The notes under the pieces were generated by a model that saw only the letters and a list, made by a program, of their open reading frames with translations, searched no databases and had not been told where the DNA came from. Of a stretch of DNA of 64,000 bases, positions 35,114-44,209 are shown one piece after another. The position numbers were made by a program, and so were the translations under genes. The stretch lies in IMG/VR virus record IMGVR_UViG_3300044723_001152, positions 1 through 64,000 of that record, one strand, 5' to 3'. The first letter of the stretch is position 1; the number at the start of each line of letters is the position of its first letter. This DNA comes from a virus (Duplodnaviria > Caudoviricetes).

Positions 35114-35906
35114 CTAGTTCTTCATAACTAATATTCGTCCAGTTGTCTCTTTCTTCTAAATCATCTATTGGTTGCCCAACGTGTATGAACTCGTGGTTCT
35201 CATATCTGTTCAATAATCTCTTAGTGTGATATATCCAGTTCTGAGGATCAATTGCGGCTGCCTTCTCCCCAACATAACCCTTGGTGCCTTTATACACATT
35301 ATTCACAGTTGATAACTTTGAATAGTAATCATAACCTATGAGGTATATCTTCTTATCCACATCTGCGGCCATCATGGCAATCAATATGCCTGCGTTTGTC
35401 TTCTCATTCTGATACTTACCAAGACCCATCACCTTATCTTTCTTCTTCAACCATGTTATGAGATATCCCTCTTGGTCTTCACTCAGATATAACTTGAAGT
35501 CATCTTCTTTCCAATCTTTTCTTTCTTCTCTCATCTTCTTCATTAGGTCTTTATTGTTCGCCCAACAAACAAAGTATTTTTTCTTCTCACCCTTCCATGC
35601 CCACTCGTCTGTGTATTCAGATATATCTTCTATATCCTGTCCTATGAACTTGGCGATAGTCTCTGGTTCGAATAGTTTGGGGTGTAGGGTATGTGGGTTC
35701 TTATCCCATGATTTCAGATATACTGGATTCTCAAAAGCATATCCACTCCTGTAAATCTCGTGGCATATGTTGTAATCCATCGCCAACAATACATCAGGTG
35801 TAAAGTCCCTGTATAGACCATTACAACCATATATCTTACCAAAGTCTCTCAACCTATGTAGGTCAAAGTCTTTTCTACTCTCACCATTACCTATACAAAA
35901 TAACAT
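35085..35906 (-). CDS. Hypothetical protein with GT29/GT42/MptE-like motifs
   Basis: IGNGESR...GCNGLYRD...AMD; NAG...A...IYLIGYD. Confidence 0.6.
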   Translation of the reverse strand: MLFCIGNGESRKDFDLHRLRDFGKIYGCNGLYRDFTPDVLLAMDYNICHEIYRSGYAFENPVYLKSWDKNPHTLHPKLFEPETIAKFIGQDIEDISEYTDEWAWKGEKKKYFVCWANNKDLMKKMREERKDWKEDDFKLYLSEDQEGYLITWLKKKDKVMGLGKYQNEKTNAGILIAMMAADVDKKIYLIGYDYYSKLSTVNNVYKGTKGYVGEKAAAIDPQNWIYHTKRLLNRYENHEFIHVGQPIDDLEERDNWTNISYEELDERITNRNL

Positions 35907-36450
35907 TATCTTTCTCCTTCAATACGTCAGTCATAGTCCCGTGTTGGACATATGTCATCTCTGGGAACATCTCAAAAGTGTCCAAGAAACTGTGTGTGAT
36001 ACCCCAACGACCACCTTCGTGGTAACATGATGTATTAGAGTATATATTAGTTTGGTCAAAATCAAATCCAACCATGTGTATCTCAACACCACCATGTTTC
36101 TTATCACCTAGGTATTTCATAGCGTTATGACTTGCCTGTCTTATCGCCATCGTACCCGTGTCTGTGAAGTCCTCATTCTTAAACCATCTCTGATGTGACC
36201 ATAGAGAGATGTGGTTCTGTATTGGTCTGAACTCACTATCGTTTCTCCAATACGTCTGAACACTTACCCGTCTGTCTTTCCACGCACCACTTCGATAAAT
36301 CTCAAAGGTGATTGGTTTATCTTTTGAGAACAGGTAGTCTGTCCAGTAATCTCTGTATATCGCATTACAACCATACTTGACACCTTTCAGTTTATCTACA
36401 TCAACATCTTTCCTACTAACACCATTACCAATGACCCAATGTATCAACAC
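35887..36450 (-). CDS. Paralog of the adjacent gene, with GT29/GT42/MptE-like motifs
   Basis: IGNGVSR...GCNAIYRD; DTG...A...IHMVGFD. Confidence 0.6.
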   Translation of the reverse strand: MLIHWVIGNGVSRKDVDVDKLKGVKYGCNAIYRDYWTDYLFSKDKPITFEIYRSGAWKDRRVSVQTYWRNDSEFRPIQNHISLWSHQRWFKNEDFTDTGTMAIRQASHNAMKYLGDKKHGGVEIHMVGFDFDQTNIYSNTSCYHEGGRWGITHSFLDTFEMFPEMTYVQHGTMTDVLKEKDNVILYR

Positions 36451-36878
36451 TAGAAATCACCACCTGTAAATTTCTTCCACTCTATGGCGTTCTTAATCTG
36501 GAATGTGCGATTGTTAATCTGTTTGAGTGTGTCCTCACAGAATTTACATATCTGTTTTAGATACTCTATCTTTTGTCTCTGTTTGATGATGAGGTCGTCA
36601 GCGTCAATAAACTTATCCACATCTTGTCGTAACACTTTCAGTTGAAAGTCTTGGTCTTTGTATTCTTCTGGGTCTGCCTTACCAGTGAAGAATAACCACT
36701 TCTTAACATGTAGTTTAGAGTAGTCACCTTCCTCTTTCTTCAACATAAGGGCATATGTCGAATATATCTTTAGGTATTTACTGTGTAGTGTTGGTGTAGA
36801 CAAGGACTCAATGTCTAGTTGGGTCTCATCTATCGCCAGGTCTTTAGACGCCTGGTCTTGTAGTTCTTCTAAGGTCAT
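36450..36878 (-). CDS. uvsY: Recombination mediator UvsY
   Basis: PTLHSKYL, KWLFFTGKA, RTFQIKNAIEW; syntenic position. Confidence 0.93.
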   Translation of the reverse strand: MTLEELQDQASKDLAIDETQLDIESLSTPTLHSKYLKIYSTYALMLKKEEGDYSKLHVKKWLFFTGKADPEEYKDQDFQLKVLRQDVDKFIDADDLIIKQRQKIEYLKQICKFCEDTLKQINNRTFQIKNAIEWKKFTGGDF

Positions 36879-36890
36879 AGTATCTCATAA

Positions 36891-37481
36891 TTATAATGTG
36901 GTGTAAGTATGGATTTTATATCCAAATACCACTGTTGCTGTTAAATATTCAACGTCAGTTAAAAGTTGGTTGTAATCCAGAGCACTCAGGCTCTTAGGAT
37001 ATATATCTTGGTAGTTTATCTCCATTATTGGGATATTCCTACTCGACATGACAAGCAATTTACCATCAGCGAATATCGCACCGTCTGGTGTCGCATTTGT
37101 AGGTCTACCTGCGTCAGTAGATGTTGATTGTTGAGATAGTGGCATCCTGTCATTACCTGATGATATCAATGCCCTATACTTCTCGTCACTATCTACCTGT
37201 GCCAGACCTGCCATCCAATCGTGTATCTGTTTGTATGTCTCTAGGTTCTCATCGACCGTGAATACTATCGTTAGGTCTTCGAACGTCAAATCATTACCTG
37301 GTATCTTCAATTGTTGTAACCTAGTTGGTTGTGTTAACTCTGTGAGAGATACACCTGGTATATTCGCCTGTACAGTATTGAACTCCACCTTTGGAATCTT
37401 CGCACATTGGAACCTAAACTTGGTAGGGTCAGCGAAGTCCAGATTGACTGGTTGTTTCGATGTTATGGTTGTCTCTGTCAT
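36891..37481 (-). CDS. gp3: Tail completion/tube terminator protein
   Basis: gp19-like fold signature (ANIPG, FEDLTIVFTVDEN, IHDWM); position between gp23 and uvsY. Confidence 0.85.
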   Translation of the reverse strand: MTETTITSKQPVNLDFADPTKFRFQCAKIPKVEFNTVQANIPGVSLTELTQPTRLQQLKIPGNDLTFEDLTIVFTVDENLETYKQIHDWMAGLAQVDSDEKYRALISSGNDRMPLSQQSTSTDAGRPTNATPDGAIFADGKLLVMSSRNIPIMEINYQDIYPKSLSALDYNQLLTDVEYLTATVVFGYKIHTYTTL

Positions 37482-37486
37482 ACTAT

Positions 37487-37493
37487 TATTTAT
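37487..37493 (-). promoter_or_regulatory. gp55 late promoter of gp3
   Basis: ATAAATA, 5 nt before the ATG. Confidence 0.65.
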
Positions 37494-37498
37494 GCAAT

Positions 37499-37527
37499 AA
37501 AAAAGGGGACTCTAAGAGTCCCCCTTT
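37499..37527 (-). terminator. Intrinsic terminator after gp23
   Basis: GGGGACTC-TTA-GAGTCCCC followed by TTTTTT. Confidence 0.9.
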
Positions 37528-37548
37528 GATCCAGTGATGGAATGTAAC

Positions 37549-38814
37549 TTACATTAAGTTAGTTACTTTTACCATTCTGTAATAGATGTTTGCTTGGTCT
37601 GTACCAACGTCACTTGCCTGAGCAGAACTTTCCGCAAATGGGTTTCTAATTAGACCATATCTAGTTTTGAAACCAATTTTTGGTTGGAAAGTAGATTCAC
37701 CAACCGCACGTACCATTTGTAGTGGAACGTATGGGCAGTAGAACATACCAGCATCGTAAGGTGAAGTTCCTTTGTAACCTACTACAAAGTATTGAGCCGC
37801 TGTGTTGTTAGACGCATATGGATCAATGTACACTTTGTATCTACCGTTTAATGTACCAGCAAAAGTGTTACCAGTATCATCAACGTTAAGTGAGTTGTTA
37901 AGAGCAGGAGCGTAATCTAATACACCAGCCATCTGTAAAGCAGAAGCAACGTCAGAAGAACAGATAATGATATTACCTTTTCCACGTCTTGTTTCTTGTG
38001 CGATTACGTTAGCGTCTCTCTCAACTTGGAACATTAAGCCTTTGAACTTCTCTACTGACCATCTTCCGTTGGAATCAGTATCTAAGTCAAAAGTACCTGA
38101 TGTAGTTGTGTTTGTGTTAGCACCTTTTTTAGCCTTTTCGTAAATTGTTCTTACAACTTCTCTGTTGATTTCCGCAAGGATCTCAGCAGATAGGATGTTA
38201 GCCAATTCAGTCTCAGCATCTAAACCGTGGATCGCTTTAAGGTCTTGAGCAAGTTCCATTGTGTATTCTGCTTTTAACTGTCTAGTTTTAGCAGTAACAG
38301 TAGATTTCTCAATACTGAAAGCCATCTCTGCGAAAGATGAAGACGCTTCTGCCGTAGCAGTAGCAATACCAGTACCAGCAGTTACTGAGGTAGTAGTGTC
38401 GTTCATCAATCCTGGATTTAGGGAAGAACTATGAGTACCAGTTCCAGAAAAGTCTGAATCTGCTTCATTGAATAGCGCTTCTGTGCCAGAGTTACTTGTA
38501 AATCTGCTCTTCATAGCGAAGATTAGACCAGTTGGACCAGTCATTGGTTGTACACCACAGATGTCGTATGCGATTAAGTTAGGCATTGCTCTTCTAACTA
38601 ATGAGATTAGGATTGGATCCCAGTTTGCTACAGCACTGTCACCAGTTACGTTCGCAATCTCACCTAGAAATGCTTTGTCTTCTTTAGCCGCTTTTTCTTG
38701 GTTTTCCAAGATAACAGCAGTTACAGCCTTTTTGTAGGGATTGTCAATCTTTGGCAAATCACCATGTTCTAAGACTGGAGACCACTTTTCTTGTAAGTTT
38801 TGTGAATTAAACAT
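37549..38814 (-). CDS. gp23: Major capsid protein
   Basis: LVRRAMPNLIAYDICGVQPMTGPTG, ELAQDLKAIHG, YCPYVPL, QPKIGFKTRYG. Confidence 0.99.
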   Translation of the reverse strand: MFNSQNLQEKWSPVLEHGDLPKIDNPYKKAVTAVILENQEKAAKEDKAFLGEIANVTGDSAVANWDPILISLVRRAMPNLIAYDICGVQPMTGPTGLIFAMKSRFTSNSGTEALFNEADSDFSGTGTHSSSLNPGLMNDTTTSVTAGTGIATATAEASSSFAEMAFSIEKSTVTAKTRQLKAEYTMELAQDLKAIHGLDAETELANILSAEILAEINREVVRTIYEKAKKGANTNTTTSGTFDLDTDSNGRWSVEKFKGLMFQVERDANVIAQETRRGKGNIIICSSDVASALQMAGVLDYAPALNNSLNVDDTGNTFAGTLNGRYKVYIDPYASNNTAAQYFVVGYKGTSPYDAGMFYCPYVPLQMVRAVGESTFQPKIGFKTRYGLIRNPFAESSAQASDVGTDQANIYYRMVKVTNLM

Positions 38815-38836
38815 TTTGTTTATCTCTCCTTATTTC

Positions 38837-40108
38837 TTATTGTTTGTTGTAGATATCTCTACTTTTTCCCCTACTGATAGCAGCCGTATAGCGAGACATT
38901 GAATCACTCAAGTCCACTACTGTGTTACCGTCATTAGAATCTTCGTTGATAGCGTCAACATTAGTTGCCGGTGCTTCTTTCTTAGTACCAAAGTAACTCT
39001 CTTTAATAGTATCAAGTTTCTTCTTGTAAGCGTCAGCGCCTTCAAAACTAATATCTTCAACTAATGATTTCATCTTCTCTTTCTCAGTATCAGCCATTCC
39101 GTCAACTGTGCTCTCAAAGATTTCGTCTTTAGTGAAACTATCGATAATTGTTTTATCTTCCACAGATTTTTCTACCATCTCATTAACTTTAGATTTCAAG
39201 TCTTCCAACTCTTTCTCTTTCGCTTCTAAGATGTCGTATTTTTCATCTGGGACATCAATGTAATGATCCTCAAATAATTGTTTTAGACCACCAATAAAGT
39301 CCTCAGCGATTTCTCCCTTGATTCCTTTTTCGATTGCTAATTCATTATCTGCCATCCATTGTTCAACAACATAGTTTAAGTAGTTGTCAACCTTAGTAGT
39401 TAACTCTTCCTTAACACTTTCTTTCGCTTCTGTTAGTTCGCTTGAGTATTCACCCTCTAATCTTTCGATTTCAGATTTTACTTTTGATTTAACAGCCGCT
39501 TCAAAGATTGTTGCCGCTTTAGTTTTAAACTCCTCTGATAAAGAATCATCTCCAGAAGTAAGTGCCGCAACATCAGCAGAAACGTCAATAGATTTTACTC
39601 TCTGATCCACTGCTTCTTTGTTTACAGTTTTACTTTCTTCTTTTTCTTCTTCGTCTTCTTCATCATCATCGCCGCCGTGCATAGCAGCCATCATTTTGCC
39701 GTAAGAAGCAGCGATTTCAGATTTCTTCATTTTAGACATGTTATCATACATAGCCTGGATCATACCTGATTTAGTCTTAGGCATTTCCATGATTTCATCT
39801 TCATCTTCTTTTTCTTTATCGTCTTCCTTGTCGTTTTCTTTCTCGTCTTCGTCAGCGTCCTCTTTTACTTTTTGAGGTTTTTCTGCCGGAGCCGCACCTT
39901 TAGTAGGAGCACCAGAGTCTTTTTTCATTTTGTCGTCTGCTTTAGTCTGACCAGGTTTATCGTCTGGTTTTACTAATGCTGGACCAAGATCCTCATAGTC
40001 GCCGCCCTTTTGCATTGGGTCCGCTTTACCAGCGGATGCTTTTGGAGCGTCTGCGCCCTTAGGAGCCTCAGAAACGATTTCTTGTTCGTTTTTGTATTCT
40101 TCAGCCAT
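38837..40108 (-). CDS. gp22: Prohead core scaffold protein
   Basis: FKTKAATIFEAAV, YLNYVVEQWM, AEDFIGGLK; acidic coiled coil. Confidence 0.95.
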   Translation of the reverse strand: MAEEYKNEQEIVSEAPKGADAPKASAGKADPMQKGGDYEDLGPALVKPDDKPGQTKADDKMKKDSGAPTKGAAPAEKPQKVKEDADEDEKENDKEDDKEKEDEDEIMEMPKTKSGMIQAMYDNMSKMKKSEIAASYGKMMAAMHGGDDDEEDEEEKEESKTVNKEAVDQRVKSIDVSADVAALTSGDDSLSEEFKTKAATIFEAAVKSKVKSEIERLEGEYSSELTEAKESVKEELTTKVDNYLNYVVEQWMADNELAIEKGIKGEIAEDFIGGLKQLFEDHYIDVPDEKYDILEAKEKELEDLKSKVNEMVEKSVEDKTIIDSFTKDEIFESTVDGMADTEKEKMKSLVEDISFEGADAYKKKLDTIKESYFGTKKEAPATNVDAINEDSNDGNTVVDLSDSMSRYTAAISRGKSRDIYNKQ

Positions 40109-40154
40109 TTTGTATATTCTCTCCTTATTTCGAAATAAAAATTTTGCGTATAAC

Positions 40155-40161
40155 TATTTAT
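40155..40161 (-). promoter_or_regulatory. gp55 late promoter of gp22
   Basis: ATAAATA overlapping the gp21 stop. Confidence 0.65.
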
Positions 40162-40814
40162 CTTTTTGTTAATTTGTTCATAAAACTCTCAAAGGCATTT
40201 GCCTCTGCCGCAGCCTTACGTTGTCTAGTTTCACGCTCAATTTGTTCTTGTATTTCAGAAACATCTTGCTCTTTGATGATTCCGTTGTCCCAGATCCATT
40301 CTTTACCTTCCATTACGCCATTGACGAATGCTTGTGGTGCGGATGGATCCGCTACGATATCTGCGGCAGTTGCCAGGTAAAAATCACTTTTTACATAGTT
40401 CGTACCACCTTTATTCTCCAAAGAGCCCATGCCTCTGGAAGAAACTCCTAATTGTGCGCCTTCGTCTATCAAAGACTTCACAATCTTACCATATGGTGTG
40501 TCTGTAATCTTCGCTTCGCCTATATAATTACCCTTGTTATCACCCTCTAACTTAGTTATCAAGTGTGATACTCTCTCCAGATTTACAGTTGGACCGTCAG
40601 GATGCCCTAGTTCTCCAAATGCTCTCTTTCTCTGGACAAATTCTTTATTATATCTGCTTACTTCCTTCTCTAATACTTCTTGTGGGTATACACGGCCATT
40701 TCTATTCTTAATGTTGGCTTGCATGAAGATACCCTTTATCTTATGAGACTTCTTACCATTATCTTCTTCAACAATGTATTCTGCCTCGTTGATTTCTTCT
40801 CTAATTAGTTTCAT
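40158..40814 (-). CDS. gp21: Prohead protease
   Basis: GIFMQA, NGRVY, GELGHP, GVSSRG, DIVADPSA. Confidence 0.97.
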   Translation of the reverse strand: MKLIREEINEAEYIVEEDNGKKSHKIKGIFMQANIKNRNGRVYPQEVLEKEVSRYNKEFVQRKRAFGELGHPDGPTVNLERVSHLITKLEGDNKGNYIGEAKITDTPYGKIVKSLIDEGAQLGVSSRGMGSLENKGGTNYVKSDFYLATAADIVADPSAPQAFVNGVMEGKEWIWDNGIIKEQDVSEIQEQIERETRQRKAAAEANAFESFMNKLTKR

Positions 40815-40838
40815 GGTGCGTATTTTCCCCTTTTGTTC

Positions 40839-40846
40839 TATTTATA
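40839..40846 (-). promoter_or_regulatory. gp55 late promoter of gp21
   Basis: TATAAATA. Confidence 0.75.
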
Positions 40847-41233
40847 TTATCTGACCTCTAAAACGACGGAATAACTATCACCGTTCACAAAATTGTGAGT
40901 GGAGAACAAAATATCTCCTGTTGGTGTTGTCGCATTATTGGCTATCTGTATCGCTGGTGTTTGTAAGTCTATCGTGCCAGAACCACCTAGGAAGAGTGCC
41001 GTTGCGTTGGTATCACCTTCAAACAGTATTTCCACCGCCCCTTTGGGGTCAGTAGTGTTGATTGAATAGATTACCCTCGCAATCTTGGTAGAGGTTGACA
41101 AGTGGTTCAAAGACGCACTTGTCATTTTCTCTACTAAACTCTCACCAGTACCATCTGACTTGTTGGTGAACTTCATCACCGTCTTACTACCAGCAACGTC
41201 TGCTATAGTCTGTGATGTTACTGTGTCAGCCAT
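40847..41233 (-). CDS. Hypothetical virion protein, probable paralog of the adjacent gene
   Basis: Beta-rich, 128 aa, in the head operon. Confidence 0.65.
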   Translation of the reverse strand: MADTVTSQTIADVAGSKTVMKFTNKSDGTGESLVEKMTSASLNHLSTSTKIARVIYSINTTDPKGAVEILFEGDTNATALFLGGSGTIDLQTPAIQIANNATTPTGDILFSTHNFVNGDSYSVVLEVR

Positions 41234-41637
41234 TATCTTGTCTGTCCTGAAGCGGTATAACCTCTAGTCTTCTTAACTTCTAAGATGAACGTACCAGTCA
41301 CCGCACTTGCGTTGGTAATCTTTATATCACCAGTTACGCCTGAACTCTCTGGGTTAGTTATCATTGGTTGTTTACCATGATACCCATACTCGCCACTACC
41401 ATGTACTGATATTGCGTGGTCATCTGAACTTGCGTCAAACAAGAATGTCACATCACTTGTCGCTGCCGTTGTGTTCCACTTGATACTCTTAATATCTAAC
41501 GTTGGGTTAGATGAGTGTCCTCTTAATGCGGATGCGTCCACAACTGATACAGCACTATTCGTATCGTTATTGATTTCGAACATTACCACGTGTCTAGTTT
41601 CACTATCCACTAATGTTCTTTTATTGACAACTGCCAT
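41233..41637 (-). CDS. Hypothetical virion protein
   Basis: Beta-rich, 134 aa, ends TGDIKIT...FILEVKK, similar to the neighbour's TGDILF...VVLEVR. Confidence 0.65.
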   Translation of the reverse strand: MAVVNKRTLVDSETRHVVMFEINNDTNSAVSVVDASALRGHSSNPTLDIKSIKWNTTAATSDVTFLFDASSDDHAISVHGSGEYGYHGKQPMITNPESSGVTGDIKITNASAVTGTFILEVKKTRGYTASGQTR

Positions 41638-41649
41638 TTTTACTCTCCT

Positions 41650-41898
41650 TTATATGGTTAGACCTGTTTCCTTTTCGAAATAGGTTTCTATGTCTTTTTG
41701 TTGTACCCTGTATTTCTTTGCCACGTCTCGTACAACCCTTGGAAACGTAGTCAAAACTTTTTGCGGTGTCTTCGCCATCATGCCAAATAAGTCATCGACC
41801 GCCTTCTTTACTTTAGGCGATAACTTACGATAGGCAGGTGAACGTTTATGTTCGTCCTTTTCCTTAATCGTCAATTTCAGTTGGCTCAACGTCAACAT
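41650..41898 (-). CDS. gp68: Prohead core protein gp68-like
   Basis: Size and position in the 20-67-68-21 order; basic. Confidence 0.6.
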   Translation of the reverse strand: MLTLSQLKLTIKEKDEHKRSPAYRKLSPKVKKAVDDLFGMMAKTPQKVLTTFPRVVRDVAKKYRVQQKDIETYFEKETGLTI

Positions 41899-42076
41899 TA
41901 CTTTCCTTATCCGCTTCTAATTCTTTGTTGAGTAAAGTACCTGCGAGGTCTTTTCTCTTTGTGTCTAACTCGACACCCACTTTATCTGATAGTGCCGCCT
42001 TGAAAGCCTTCTCTGCCTCAACGTTGTCACCTGTATCTAAAGCGTTAATCATGTTCTTTGTATCTTCAATACTCAT
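41864..42076 (-). CDS. gp67: Prohead core protein gp67-like
   Basis: MINALDTGDNVEAEKAFKAALSDKV; immediately after the portal gene. Confidence 0.65.
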   Translation of the reverse strand: MSIEDTKNMINALDTGDNVEAEKAFKAALSDKVGVELDTKRKDLAGTLLNKELEADKESNVDVEPTEIDD

Positions 42077-43633
42077 TTAAAAGTCTCCATCTTGTTGCTG
42101 TGCGTTTGGATCTGCCAATACGCCCTGTTTAATTTCAGTCGCTATGTTTTCTCTCTCTTTTTCAATATCAGCGTCATTCATCTTTAATATATGTTTGTTA
42201 ACATAGTCCATAGAATATACTGTGCCTATCATACCTGCGTCCTTCATAGTACGGAATATTTCCATCCTATCTTTGAACATCTCACTTTCTTTAATCTCAG
42301 CGAAATATCCATCCTGAACATAATCGTATTTGATAGTTTGTGATAGAGAGTTTTCCCAATCTTCGATAGTGACAACACCTGTGAGGATCAGTTGAGTTTT
42401 CAGTAGGTCGTGGAACAGACCGTTAAATCTATTTCTTAATCTACTGATAAACTTCGTAAATTTAATCTCGTCTCTATTTACCTCAGTTGATTTACCAAGT
42501 TGTAAACCACCCGCAGCCTCACTATCTAGTCTGCTGTATGGTACGTTTAGAGATTGATATAGTTTCTTCTGGAAGTATTTAATATCATCTATCTCACCAA
42601 GGTTTGATCCACCTGGTAAAGTTGTAATCTCTGTCCCTCTACCACCTTCTCGTCTTGGTAACCAGAAGTCTTCCAACATACTCATATATTGTCTATCGTC
42701 TCTAATCTCTCCTGTAGAGGCGTCATATACCAGTTTGTTTCTATATCTGTTCATCACATCTTTGAGGTATTGTTCTGCCTTTACTTTTGGTAGGTTACCT
42801 ACATCGATGTAAAAAATTCTTCTTTCTGGTGCCCTTGATATTCTGTATATGACAACAGAATCCTCAATCATTCTTAACTGATTGACTGGTTTGATTGCCT
42901 TATGTAGATATGATAGGACCATGTTTCTCTGTTGGTCCACTAATCCACTCACACAATGGGCGATTGCGTCTTTAGAAATCTTCAATCCAGTTGTCGCACT
43001 CGCACCTGGTTGTACACCCTTCTCGTTGTAGATGAAAAATTCTTCGAACTCTACCACGCCAGGTTTGTTTGGATCTTTTGGTGCGAAACTCTCAGTACCT
43101 GGTTTCTGTTTTGGTGCCCTTACCTTCTTAATCTTTCTTGGGTCGATATATCGTAACTCTGTGAGACCCGCCTTAGTGTTCTTTGGATCTATTATCTTGT
43201 GGTATACGATACGACCATCGACATACCATCGTCTGAATATATCGTGTCCCTTCTGTTCAAATTCCAATAATCTAATGACGTTCTTAAATTCTTCGTCAAT
43301 TCTTTTCTTTACCTGAGATGAGAATGGTATGTTGTTTAGGTTTAATCTCACCACCTCTTGTTTATCATCGACAACAACTGCCTCATTGATGATATCCTCA
43401 ATAGCCATATCACACTCTGGGTGTATGGAAACTTCTCTATATCTTCTTATTAAATCTGCTTCGTTATTTACTTTTCCTTCTTGGTCGAGGTACGTGCCAA
43501 AGTGGCCACCACCCATAATCGTCTGGACGCCATCGTCTGCCGTTGGTGCCGTGAACGATTGTGAAGTCGCCTTCTTGTCCGCTCGTTTAATGCTAAATCC
43601 AAATATCTCTGCCACTACATTTCTCCTTTTCAA
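42077..43633 (-). CDS. gp20: Portal protein; probable start GTG at 43615
   Basis: RRWYVDGR, YLHKAIKPVNQLRMIED, EDFWLPRREGGRGTEITTLPGG. Confidence 0.98.
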   Translation of the reverse strand: MKRRNVVAEIFGFSIKRADKKATSQSFTAPTADDGVQTIMGGGHFGTYLDQEGKVNNEADLIRRYREVSIHPECDMAIEDIINEAVVVDDKQEVVRLNLNNIPFSSQVKKRIDEEFKNVIRLLEFEQKGHDIFRRWYVDGRIVYHKIIDPKNTKAGLTELRYIDPRKIKKVRAPKQKPGTESFAPKDPNKPGVVEFEEFFIYNEKGVQPGASATTGLKISKDAIAHCVSGLVDQQRNMVLSYLHKAIKPVNQLRMIEDSVVIYRISRAPERRIFYIDVGNLPKVKAEQYLKDVMNRYRNKLVYDASTGEIRDDRQYMSMLEDFWLPRREGGRGTEITTLPGGSNLGEIDDIKYFQKKLYQSLNVPYSRLDSEAAGGLQLGKSTEVNRDEIKFTKFISRLRNRFNGLFHDLLKTQLILTGVVTIEDWENSLSQTIKYDYVQDGYFAEIKESEMFKDRMEIFRTMKDAGMIGTVYSMDYVNKHILKMNDADIEKERENIATEIKQGVLADPNAQQQDGDF

Positions 43634-43640
43634 TATTTAG
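43634..43640 (-). promoter_or_regulatory. gp55 late promoter of gp20
   Basis: CTAAATA, abutting a GC hairpin. Confidence 0.6.
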
Positions 43641-43663
43641 TGGGGCACTAAGGCCCCACTTTT
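43639..43663. terminator. GC hairpin between gp19 and gp20
   Basis: AGTGGGGC-6 nt-GCCCCACT. The U-tract lies only on the + strand. Confidence 0.55.
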
Positions 43664-43672
43664 CATTACAAC

Positions 43673-44200
43673 TTATGTTGTAGTATTAGATTCCCAGTAT
43701 TGGTATCTCCAAGTACATTCAAAAGTTTCTAAAGTCGTTACCTGATCCATGTTTAAGTCAACCTGACCTATGATAGTTGGGAATAACCCTCTAAAAGTAT
43801 AACTCTTAATAGTGTTACCGTTTCTATCTAGGTGGTCAACGAAAGCGTCAACTTGATAGTCGACAGGATTCGCAAGTCCTTCGTTATCTGAATGGTTGTT
43901 AATACCATTTGACCATCTCTCTATAGCATTTTTGATTGCGAAATCAGTATCGTTGATGATAGTAGTTGTCCAAGTTTGGAACGTTCTATCACCTGCCATA
44001 TAAATTGGTCTACCACGGAAGTTTACAGTTAATTCCCCAATCTCACTTGACGGTAGGTTTGTTGCCGTACATAAGAAAGCCATGCTCTCTGTCTCGCCAC
44101 CTACTGCCGCGTAACCTGGGAAAGGCATTGTTACTTTAAACTGGTTTTGTCTTGCTCCACCACCTTTAAGTTTAGAAATAAAGTCTGATACGTTTGCCAT
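43673..44200 (-). CDS. gp19: Tail tube protein
   Basis: GGARQNQF, FRGR...AGDRTF..WT.T..ND.DF, YQYW. Confidence 0.96.
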   Translation of the reverse strand: MANVSDFISKLKGGGARQNQFKVTMPFPGYAAVGGETESMAFLCTATNLPSSEIGELTVNFRGRPIYMAGDRTFQTWTTTIINDTDFAIKNAIERWSNGINNHSDNEGLANPVDYQVDAFVDHLDRNGNTIKSYTFRGLFPTIIGQVDLNMDQVTTLETFECTWRYQYWESNTTT

Positions 44201-44209
44201 TGTCTACTC

